Positions 56,863 through 64,000 of a DNA stretch of 64,000 nt are shown here, in pieces. Every line of letters begins with the position of its first letter. Positions within the stretch are counted from its first letter, which is position 1. A model generated the notes under the pieces. The model searched no databases and was not told the origin of the DNA. It saw only the letters and a list, made by a program, of their open reading frames with translations. The stretch comes from an uncultured bacterium (GTDB lineage Bacteria > Zhuqueibacterota > QNDG01 > DSAB01), in the NCBI GenBank assembly GCA_964617625.1, contig CAZTZL010000004.1, positions 11,009 to 75,008 on the forward strand. The letters are read 5' to 3'. A program made the position numbers and the translations under genes.

Positions 56863-58236
56863 TTAAACAACAATTCCTTCTTTTCTATATTCATTTAGTT
56901 TATTTCGAAGTGTACGAACACTGATTCCCAACAGGTCTGCAGTTTTGGTTCGATTATCTTCATTTTCGCGGAGTGTTCTTAGAATCAGGGTCTTTTCTAT
57001 TTCTCTCAGGGATTTCGGTTTCGATCCATCGTAAAGAGGTTCTTCTTTTGAAATATGATCACTCAGAGAAAAATGGTTCACATCCAGCATGGTCACATCA
57101 GGGCCTGACATGACAATCGCACGTTCGATACAATTCTCAATCTCCCGAACATTTCCCGGCCATTCTTTTTGCATAAGCATTTTCATTGCTTTTTCCGATA
57201 CGCCTTTTATCTTCTTTCCATTTTCGCTGTTATATCCATTAATAAAATATTGTATAAGAAGCGGTATATCCTCTCTTCGTTCAGATATCGGAGGCAAATG
57301 AATAGGAACGACATTAAAGCGATAATAAAGATCTTCCCGGAAACGCCCCTCTTCAACTTCTTTCTTAAGGTCACGGTTGGTCGTAGCGATAATGCGCACA
57401 TCCACAGGGATTGGCTTTCCCCCACCTACCCTTTCAATTTCCCTTTCCTGAAGAACCCGCAACAATTTTGCCTGAAGCCCTAAAGTAATCTCACTGACTT
57501 CATCCAAAAGCAGAGTACTTCCGTGAGCCATTTCAAACCGGCCCTTTGTGGTTTTATAAGCTCCCGTAAAAGCACCTTTTTCATGACCGAACAATTCACT
57601 TTCAACAAGGCCTTCCGGCAACGCTGCACAATTGGTTGTAATAAACGGCATTTGACGCCGATCGCTGTTATAGTGAATTGCCCTTGCTACAAGTTCTTTG
57701 CCCGTACCGCTTGGGCCTTGTATCAGTACTGTGGCCTTGCTTCGAGCGACCATCTGAATCGATTCGAAAACACGGTTCATGGGATCACTCTTTCCAACGA
57801 TGTTTTCAAAACTGAATTTCTTATCGAGCTCAGATCTCAAATAGCGATTTTCGTCGACCAAATTTTGATATTCAAAATATTTATCGACAACCAGTTCCAT
57901 TTCTTCCAAACTAAAGGGTTTTGTAATATAATCAAACGCACCCTGTTTCATCGCTTTAACCGCACTCTTGATCGAACCATAAGCAGTAATCATAATAATG
58001 CCAATACCAGGATATTTCGTTTTTACTCGAGAGAGAATTTTCATTCCACTGATATCAGGTAATCTGATATCGGTAATCAGAAGATCGTAGGGATTTTCCT
58101 CAAGCCTGGCAAGTGTTTCTTTTCCATTGGCTGTCACATCAACAGAAAAACCTTTTCTCTGAAAAGTTTCGTTCAATAGTTCGCGGATCATTTCCTCATC
58201 GTCAAGAACCAGAATACGTTTTTGTTCATCATTCAT
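56863..58236 (-). CDS. Sigma-54-dependent transcriptional activator, NtrC family (REC + AAA+ + Fis-type HTH)
   Basis: REC domain (ILVLDDEEM...LLITDIRLPD), Walker A GPSGTGKE, ESELFGHEKGAFTGA (GAFTGA), an arginine finger, and a C-terminal HTH. Confidence 0.9.
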   Translation of the reverse strand: MNDEQKRILVLDDEEMIRELLNETFQRKGFSVDVTANGKETLARLEENPYDLLITDIRLPDISGMKILSRVKTKYPGIGIIMITAYGSIKSAVKAMKQGAFDYITKPFSLEEMELVVDKYFEYQNLVDENRYLRSELDKKFSFENIVGKSDPMNRVFESIQMVARSKATVLIQGPSGTGKELVARAIHYNSDRRQMPFITTNCAALPEGLVESELFGHEKGAFTGAYKTTKGRFEMAHGSTLLLDEVSEITLGLQAKLLRVLQEREIERVGGGKPIPVDVRIIATTNRDLKKEVEEGRFREDLYYRFNVVPIHLPPISERREDIPLLIQYFINGYNSENGKKIKGVSEKAMKMLMQKEWPGNVREIENCIERAIVMSGPDVTMLDVNHFSLSDHISKEEPLYDGSKPKSLREIEKTLILRTLRENEDNRTKTADLLGISVRTLRNKLNEYRKEGIVV

Positions 58237-58239
58237 GTA

Positions 58240-58944
58240 TCAATTTCCTTCATCTAATTGAATCAACAAGGTATGGCGATCTTTTGAATTCGTCTCAAGT
58301 GAAATTCGGGCATTGTGCAAATCCGCAATCTTGTATACGACAGCAAGAGAAAGTCGTGCTTCAATGGGTTCACATTCCTCAATAAAATGAACAATGTTTT
58401 CCAATAGATCAGAGGGAATCATTCCATCATGAAAGTGAATTTCTATATCAATCTTTGAATTTTCAGGTGGGTTGAGTTTAACGGACTCAATTTGTCCGCC
58501 AACCAATTGAGTAAAACGAAATGCATGATAAAAAAGCTCACGCATTAAATACGGATCCCCTGATAATTCCATTTTTTCTTCCGGGAAGTCAGTATGAATG
58601 ACGTCTACTTGTTCTTTATCTTTATCCTCTTTTGTAAAATTATAGCAGATTTCCTTGATCAAAGACTTTATGGCGATTTTTTCAAAACTGGGTTCTGCTT
58701 TTTGCACCAATGTCATTAAATGAATGACAAATTCATTCAACCGATGGACGCCGTCGATAATTCTTTGCAGAAGTTTCTTTCTCGGATCATTTCGATCGAG
58801 ATCTCTTTCCAGAAGAGAAGCAAACCCGCCTATACCACCCAGGTTATTTTTTATTTTGTGTACAACATCGGATAAAAATTTGTCATCCCTGCTGTGTCCG
58901 ACCTGGAAATGGATAAAATTCTGGTCCTTCTCATTCAAATCCAA
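58240..58944 (-). CDS. Cytoplasmic histidine-kinase-like protein with a degenerate ATP-lid (possible pseudokinase or phosphatase), translationally coupled to the sigma-54 activator
   Basis: H-box VVHKIKNNLGGIGGFASLLERDL. The C-terminal domain aligns to HATPase_c but the G2 box is replaced (ARLSLAVVYKIADLHNARISL in place of GLGLAIV..HGG). No TM or sensor domain. TTG start. 3 bp gap to the downstream NtrC-like gene. Confidence 0.65.
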   Translation of the reverse strand: MDLNEKDQNFIHFQVGHSRDDKFLSDVVHKIKNNLGGIGGFASLLERDLDRNDPRKKLLQRIIDGVHRLNEFVIHLMTLVQKAEPSFEKIAIKSLIKEICYNFTKEDKDKEQVDVIHTDFPEEKMELSGDPYLMRELFYHAFRFTQLVGGQIESVKLNPPENSKIDIEIHFHDGMIPSDLLENIVHFIEECEPIEARLSLAVVYKIADLHNARISLETNSKDRHTLLIQLDEGN

Positions 58945-59004
58945 ATTAGTCAGTTAAACCTCCTCGGGCTTTCTGGGTTTTTGTGAAACCACCAACTATT
59001 GTTT

Positions 59005-59020
59005 TGCTTAAACCATGCCA
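59005..59020 (-). promoter_or_regulatory. Weaker sigma-54-like promoter candidate upstream of the HK-like / NtrC-like operon
   Basis: Minus-strand TGGCAT-G-GTTT-AAGCA has correct GG-N10-GC spacing but an imperfect -12 element, about 65 nt upstream of the TTG start at 58944. Confidence 0.25.
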
Positions 59021-59227
59021 AAAATATGTCATTTTCGTCTTTTTCAAGTAAAAAATGAAAAATAAATCTGTATATAAAATTCCCCTGTTTCCAAATCATT
59101 TTCTTATATCTTGATTATATAGTATAATATATTGAATACTTTATAATTAATTACATATCGATAATGGTAATTTTACAGGATATAATTTTACAATCATTTT
59201 CAATCTCAATTTCTCCATACATAAAAA

Positions 59228-59251
59228 AACCAGTATCATTAAATACTGGTT
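59228..59251 (-). terminator. Rho-independent terminator of hybrid histidine kinase 59327..61774
   Basis: aaccagtat-cattaa-atactggtt forms a 9 bp stem followed on the minus strand by TTTTTTT. It lies 76 bp after the stop. Confidence 0.6.
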
Positions 59252-59326
59252 TACAAAAAGAAAGGAACTTTACAAATTGGAACTACCAAATGATCCTCCA
59301 GATACTTCGGATAGTTGGAAAATCAA

Positions 59327-61774
59327 TCAGCCATTTAATACTGTTCGCACCTGTTGCAGTAAAGACCTCACTTGATAAGGTTTATGAATAATTCCGGAAA
59401 TATGGGATGTGATTGATTTCCCATAGGCTTCTTTTTCTCCCAAACCAGCTGCGGCAATAATTTTAATTCTTGGATTCATTTTTTTCAGCCAGACTAAAAT
59501 TTTGGAAATTTCCATTCCGCTCATAATAAGATCCAAAATAACCAGATCCACTCGATTCTTGTATTTTTTATAAATCGCAATCGCTTCAGGCCCGTTCTCC
59601 GCACAAATCACTTTATAACCGTATCGCGTAAGCATCTTTCGGGCTGTTTCTTTTAATGCCTTTTCATTATCGACCAGCAGAATGGTTTCCTTTCCCAATA
59701 TTGGTTTCGCATTGATTGCAGATTTTTTTTGCTGGGAACGGTTTTGCTTTTCACAAACAGGCAAGTGAATCTTGAATACGGTTCCCTTATCCTTTTCGCT
59801 GAACACAGAAATAAAACCACCATGTTTTTCAATGATTTCCTGAACGATCGATAATCCCAAACCTCTTCCGGTATCATTTGGCTTGGTAGTAAAATACGGT
59901 TCAAAAATTTGCTCTTTAATCTCACTGCTCATTCCAATGCCGGAATCACTGATCGTCAATTGTACATATTGGCCTGGTTTCGCCCCTGAATGTAACTGCA
60001 CATTACTCTCATCCAGCTGGATATTACTCGTTCGAAAAACAATTTTCCCTTCATTCGATATCGCATCACGGGCGTTTAAAGCAACTTCAAGAATCGCATG
60101 CTGTATTTGTCCCGTATCACCCATAATAGAGGCCAATTCAGAATTTAATTCGGCACGAATCGTAATCGTCTTACTTAATGTTCGTGATAAAATGCCGGCA
60201 ACCTCTTTTACCAGTTGATTCATATCCAAACAAATAACGCTTTCTCCTCCTGCCTGAGCATACGCTAAAAGCCTTGAAGTCAATTCCGTAGCTTTCTCCG
60301 AAGTCCTCATAATTTGGATGATATCATTATAATAGGGGCTGTTCTTGGGGACGTCTTCATGTAACAGCGAACTATATCCCAAAATCGAAGCCAGCATATT
60401 ATTGAACTCGTGTACAATCCCACCAGCCAAAATACCAAGAGATTCCATCTTTCTTGCCTGAATCAATTGTTCATGAAGCCTCTCCCGTTCCTCTTTACTG
60501 ATCCAACACCAAATAGTCATTTTATCATCATCAAAACTGATTGGATTAATTTCTATCCATCGCCGTCTTCCATCTTTGATTACTGCAATCACTTCATATT
60601 TTCGATTTTGATCCCCGTTTGACACATCCGTGTTATCCTTATTAATCATTTCATGAAAATCCGAGGCAATAAAATCTGTAACAGGCCTTCCATTGATAAG
60701 GTCACTGGAAAGCTCCAGAAAATTTTCAACCCATTTATTGACGTATTGGACAATCCCGTCTTTAATAAATAAAACCCCAAAAATGGAGATTTTCAATAAC
60801 AGATTCAAAGGATCCGTATTTGTGATGGAAACAGGCGCCGGGTTTTCTTTTTTCATGAAAACAAATGGCAAAATAGATTCTAAGAATTCAATATTATCCA
60901 GACTCCACTGATTCGAAAGAACATGCGTAATCACCAAACAGCCGTGTTTAAATCGATTTGTTTTTAACGTAACAATTCCGAGCGATTCATAATCCGTCAA
61001 AGATACCAAATAATCCTTTTCATCCTCACCGGATGATTCGAACATTAAATTTGAGAGTGATTCAATTAATACACTGCCGGAGGCGGTACCAGGACACAGT
61101 GTTTGTCGAGAACATTTATTGGCGATTTGCAGCCACCGCTCTGCCGGCCATTTTCTGAAATCATCCGGGTCATTTTCGGGGATAGTGACTAATTTGTTCC
61201 ATTTACCGAGGGTAAATTTTGTTCCGCTTTTATCTTCGAAAAATAATCCAATCCCGTCGGTTCTCATACTCTTCTGTATTTCAATTAAAACATTTTCCAA
61301 TAATTTTTCAAATATATAATTTCCGTTTAGCAATTCTAAAAAACGGATGGACAATTTTTGTTTGTTTTGTAATTGAACAACATCAGAAATATTTTTTATA
61401 TAGAGTCTAACCTCGGTTATCTTGTCGGATTCGTCTGCAACTGACAAACCATTTATCATGACAGGAATACAATATCCGTCCTGCTTTTTTAAATATGCTC
61501 TTGCATCCTTTATATAACCTTTGCTTTTACATTTTTTAACGGCTTTCTCAATTTCGTCTTGATATGGATCATCAACCAGGTCCAGGAATTTTTTTCCGGT
61601 TATTTCCTTCTTTTCATAGTCCAAAATATCCAGAACAGTCGTATTACATGAGACAATAGCTCCCTCATTATTAATAAGAAAATATAAAATATCCGCTTTT
61701 GAGTACAATTCCTCGTATATCTTTTCAGGGACACTCAAGTTGTAACTTCTTGTTTTATCAACAGTTTTATTCAT
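59327..61774 (-). CDS. Cytoplasmic hybrid sensor histidine kinase (multiple PAS/GAF domains, HisKA, HATPase_c, C-terminal REC)
   Basis: H-box GGIVHEFNNMLASILGY, N/G boxes (LNARDAI, DSGIGM, GRGLGLSIV), and a C-terminal REC (LVILDLIMSGM, HKPY). No TM segments. Confidence 0.85.
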   Translation of the reverse strand: MNKTVDKTRSYNLSVPEKIYEELYSKADILYFLINNEGAIVSCNTTVLDILDYEKKEITGKKFLDLVDDPYQDEIEKAVKKCKSKGYIKDARAYLKKQDGYCIPVMINGLSVADESDKITEVRLYIKNISDVVQLQNKQKLSIRFLELLNGNYIFEKLLENVLIEIQKSMRTDGIGLFFEDKSGTKFTLGKWNKLVTIPENDPDDFRKWPAERWLQIANKCSRQTLCPGTASGSVLIESLSNLMFESSGEDEKDYLVSLTDYESLGIVTLKTNRFKHGCLVITHVLSNQWSLDNIEFLESILPFVFMKKENPAPVSITNTDPLNLLLKISIFGVLFIKDGIVQYVNKWVENFLELSSDLINGRPVTDFIASDFHEMINKDNTDVSNGDQNRKYEVIAVIKDGRRRWIEINPISFDDDKMTIWCWISKEERERLHEQLIQARKMESLGILAGGIVHEFNNMLASILGYSSLLHEDVPKNSPYYNDIIQIMRTSEKATELTSRLLAYAQAGGESVICLDMNQLVKEVAGILSRTLSKTITIRAELNSELASIMGDTGQIQHAILEVALNARDAISNEGKIVFRTSNIQLDESNVQLHSGAKPGQYVQLTISDSGIGMSSEIKEQIFEPYFTTKPNDTGRGLGLSIVQEIIEKHGGFISVFSEKDKGTVFKIHLPVCEKQNRSQQKKSAINAKPILGKETILLVDNEKALKETARKMLTRYGYKVICAENGPEAIAIYKKYKNRVDLVILDLIMSGMEISKILVWLKKMNPRIKIIAAAGLGEKEAYGKSITSHISGIIHKPYQVRSLLQQVRTVLNG

Positions 61775-61877
61775 GAGTTCTATAAAAAGAAATTATTTTT
61801 CTCCGAATCGATGCAAGCCACTTTTTAAACCTGTATATTATGATCTTTTTCAAAAGAAATATTTTCAGATAATAATT

Positions 61878-61893
61878 TGCAAACCTTGTTCCA
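61878..61893 (-). promoter_or_regulatory. Sigma-54 (-24/-12) promoter candidate upstream of hybrid histidine kinase 59327..61774
   Basis: Minus-strand TGGAAC-AAGGT-TTGCA matches TGGCAC-N5-TTGCA with one mismatch. It lies about 105 nt upstream of the start at 61774. Confidence 0.45.
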
Positions 61894-61917
61894 AATGATG
61901 ATTTTTTTAAAAAATAT

Positions 61918-64000
61918 CTATACTATTTTTCGGACAGCTTGTAAGAGGACTTCTGTCTGGAAGGGCTTTTGTATAAATACAACATCTCCGAATTGTTCCA
62001 AATCATGATGATTGTAAGGACCATATCCGGAAGTAAATATTACCTTGATATTTGGATTCGTTTCACGAAGCTTCTTAAACGCTTCCTTACCACCCATCTC
62101 CGGCATAATCAGATCTAAAACCACAAGGCTGATATTTTCCCTGTTTTTATTATAAATCTCAAGCGCTTCTTTGCCATTGCTTGCCAATAAAACTTCATAT
62201 CCTCCTTTTTCCAGCATTCGCTTGCCAACCTGTCGAATCACCTGCTCGTCATCAACAAGGAGGACTATGTTTTTCTCAGAAGATTCTGAAACAGACACTG
62301 GATGAATTTCCTCATTGACCTCCTGAAACCTGGGCAACAATATGGACACCTTTGTCCCTTTGCCAAGTTCACTATCCACAAGAATTGCGCCTTCGTGATT
62401 TTTAATAATACCATATACCATTGCCAATCCTAAACCGGTTCCTTCTCCGGCAGGCTTTGTCGTAAAAAAAGGTTCAAAAATTCTATTTTTGGTTTTTTCG
62501 TCCATTCCGACACCCGTATCGGATATCGCAATACGAATATAATCTCCCGGCTGAACACCCAGCTGAGTTTGGGAAAATGTTTCATCCAAAATAACATTGG
62601 CAGTTCCAATTGTCAGCTTTCCTCCGCCCGACATGGCTTCAACTGAGTTGAGACAAATATTCATAATGGCCTGATATATTTGCTTTGAATCGCCTTTCAC
62701 CCACCAGAGATTTTTACCCAGCGATGTTTCGATAATAATCGATTTATCGATTGTACGATATAATGCAGTTATAATTTCTTCTATATTTTGATTTAAATCA
62801 ATAGATCGCACATGATATTTCCCGCCGCGAGCGAAAGCCAGAAGACGGTTCGTCAAATCGGCGGCCCTCTTAGCCGTCTCGGCAATGGTATGAATGTCAT
62901 TGTAATAAATATGATTGCTGGGCATATCACTCAATAACAATGAGGCATATCCCAAAATTCCGCCTAAAAGATTGTTAAAATCGTGCGCTATACCGCCGGC
63001 CAATGTGCCTATGGATTCCATTTTCTGACTTTCAAAAAGCTGTATTTCCAGTTTCTTTCTTTTTGTAATATCCACAACATTGCCGAGAACCGCCACCTCT
63101 CCTCCCATTTCTACCTGGCACGATCTGAGTTCCCCATAAAGCTTTTCATCCCCCTTTTTAATAAACCGAACTTCATAGTGATCGACAACCTCCTCGCCTT
63201 TCTCTCTTTGATTTTCACGGCTGACTACCATGCTTCGATCCTCGGGAGCAATAAATTCAAAAAAGTCTTTCTCGATAAGTTCATCTCTGTTATAACCAAG
63301 AAAATCGGCAAATTTACTATTGACAAATTGAATTTTACCTTGCCTAATAATGAATACACCGATCAGAGAGGATTCAACCAGCAAACGGTATTTTTCTTTC
63401 GATTCCCTTAAACTCTCCTCCAGAGCTTTCCTCACTTCAACATCACGAATAAAACTCTGAAATACCTCTTTTCCCTGAAACCAGACTTTTCTGCTGCTTA
63501 ATTCTGCTTCAAATACTGTATTGTCTTTTCTTTTTAGTATTGTCTCCAATGGTTTTGTCTTTTGACCATGAAATACAACTTTTAAATAATTCTCTTGTTC
63601 GGAAAAAGCTTTGTCAATTGTAATATCTTTCCAGGTCAGTTGTAATAATTCTTTTCGTTCATATCCCAATAATTGACAGGCAACACGATTAATTTCGATT
63701 AATTGCCCCGTGCTGTCATGTATGATAATACCATCATTCGTTCCTTCGAACAACACATGATATTGAAATTCTTTCTCAAGCAGGTTCTTGGTCCCTTCTT
63801 CGATACGCTCTTCAACATGTTTTACCCAGTTATTCAGTTCCGTTCTTTTCTTTTTCAGTTCGCGAAAAAGCCTTGTGTTTTGAATTGAAAGAGCCAAAAC
63901 AGACGATACGAAGGATATAAAATCCAACACCCTAGTTTCTTCTCTTAACGAAGAATAGTCGATCAGTAAGATAGCATCGATATAATTGGTGTGAATGTTT
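61918..64000 (-). CDS. Hybrid sensor histidine kinase (GAF end, 2x PAS, HisKA, HATPase_c, C-terminal REC); N-terminus extends beyond the window end
   Basis: H-box GGIAHDFNNLLGGILGY, DTGVGM / GTGLGLAMV, and REC (VLLVDDEQ...VVLDLIMPEMGG...QKPF). The minus-strand frame remains open upstream of the annotated GTG at 63930, through to base 64000 (...HTNYIDAILLIDYSSLREETRVLDFISF looks like the end of a GAF domain). Confidence 0.85.
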   Translation of the reverse strand, partial: NIHTNYIDAILLIDYSSLREETRVLDFISFVSSVLALSIQNTRLFRELKKKRTELNNWVKHVEERIEEGTKNLLEKEFQYHVLFEGTNDGIIIHDSTGQLIEINRVACQLLGYERKELLQLTWKDITIDKAFSEQENYLKVVFHGQKTKPLETILKRKDNTVFEAELSSRKVWFQGKEVFQSFIRDVEVRKALEESLRESKEKYRLLVESSLIGVFIIRQGKIQFVNSKFADFLGYNRDELIEKDFFEFIAPEDRSMVVSRENQREKGEEVVDHYEVRFIKKGDEKLYGELRSCQVEMGGEVAVLGNVVDITKRKKLEIQLFESQKMESIGTLAGGIAHDFNNLLGGILGYASLLLSDMPSNHIYYNDIHTIAETAKRAADLTNRLLAFARGGKYHVRSIDLNQNIEEIITALYRTIDKSIIIETSLGKNLWWVKGDSKQIYQAIMNICLNSVEAMSGGGKLTIGTANVILDETFSQTQLGVQPGDYIRIAISDTGVGMDEKTKNRIFEPFFTTKPAGEGTGLGLAMVYGIIKNHEGAILVDSELGKGTKVSILLPRFQEVNEEIHPVSVSESSEKNIVLLVDDEQVIRQVGKRMLEKGGYEVLLASNGKEALEIYNKNRENISLVVLDLIMPEMGGKEAFKKLRETNPNIKVIFTSGYGPYNHHDLEQFGDVVFIQKPFQTEVLLQAVRKIV

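Noticed and set aside
2432-59925. Nested minus-strand ORFs in alternative frames, for example 2432..2635, 4572..4829, 8946..9221, 11339..11581, 14865..15200, 16143..16334, 18462..18818, 19964..20266, 26155..26541, 27175..27552, 38631..39170 and 59653..59925
   Set aside because: They overlap larger genes that have strong domain evidence, and their translations are Arg/Cys-rich or repetitive out-of-frame readings. 11339..11581 and 16143..16334 merely bridge gene junctions.
2482-63888. All plus-strand ORFs in the track, for example 2913..3209, 15664..16116, 22719..23249, 37768..38349 and 57523..58062
   Set aside because: Each lies entirely inside a well-supported minus-strand gene with clear homology. 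They have low-complexity or odd composition, no ribosome-binding sites and no recognisable motifs. They are typical antisense-frame artefacts of an AT-rich genome.
1-64000. CRISPR arrays, rRNA or tRNA genes, insertion sequences, or a prophage or integrative element around xerD
   Set aside because: No spaced direct-repeat arrays and no GC-rich structured RNA genes occur in the AT-rich gaps. There are no transposase or integrase-type ORFs. xerD is the housekeeping dimer-resolution recombinase and is flanked by ordinary genes with no att-like repeats.

Overview
This is a 64 kb, AT-rich stretch of bacterial chromosome, and every gene I can support lies on the minus strand (about 64 of 64). The gene content points to an anaerobic or microaerophilic member of the FCB group (Bacteroidota / Ignavibacteriota-like). 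The evidence is an S8 peptidase carrying a type IX secretion (T9SS) C-terminal sorting domain with the NYPNPFN motif, two PorV/PorQ-like outer-membrane beta-barrel proteins, superoxide reductase, rubrerythrin, rubredoxin and trehalase. I found no rRNA, tRNA, CRISPR arrays, transposases or prophage genes.

Most of the window is core housekeeping. These genes include rlpA, cyclophilin, a HIT-family gene, an EF-G paralogue, an acyl-CoA ligase, lipA, rpe, a PASTA-domain gene, rsmB, fmt, yajC, tgt, radA, mlaFE, nadD, bamD, lnt, ruvX, HU, relA/spoT, dnaB, an SPO1-type UDG, coaBC, rpoZ, gmk and yicC.

Three regions stand out.

1. Between 8.8 and 18.4 kb a Fur/PerR-family regulator heads a uniformly oriented, closely spaced oxidative-stress and metal supercluster. 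It carries superoxide reductase, Nfo, Bcp, ferritin, rubredoxin, rubrerythrin and two ferritin-like diiron proteins, with a REC-PAS-histidine-kinase gene embedded among them. Directly behind the regulator sits an uncharacterised envelope trio: a Tat-exported Rieske lipoprotein, a small secreted protein whose predicted mature N-terminus is a histidine, and a DUF5777-like outer-membrane beta-barrel. A Cu/Zn-type permease with a C-terminal heavy-metal-associated (HMA) domain follows.
2. Between 55 and 64 kb lies a signalling cluster. It contains a pseudo-receiver-PAS-HisKA protein, a CheY-like regulator, an NtrC-type sigma-54 activator translationally coupled to a histidine-kinase-like protein with a degenerate ATP lid, and two large cytoplasmic hybrid histidine kinases. 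There are two strong and one weak sigma-54 (-24/-12) promoter candidates in front of these genes.
3. Several structured non-coding elements occur between genes. These are a repeated-motif cluster upstream of radA, a nested inverted-repeat element between the S8 peptidase and the AlkD-like gene, a 17 bp Fur/PerR-box-like palindrome, and an inverted-repeat operator candidate in front of the fur-family gene.

A decayed Fibrobacter-type (FISUMP) lipoprotein pseudogene lies near the window start.
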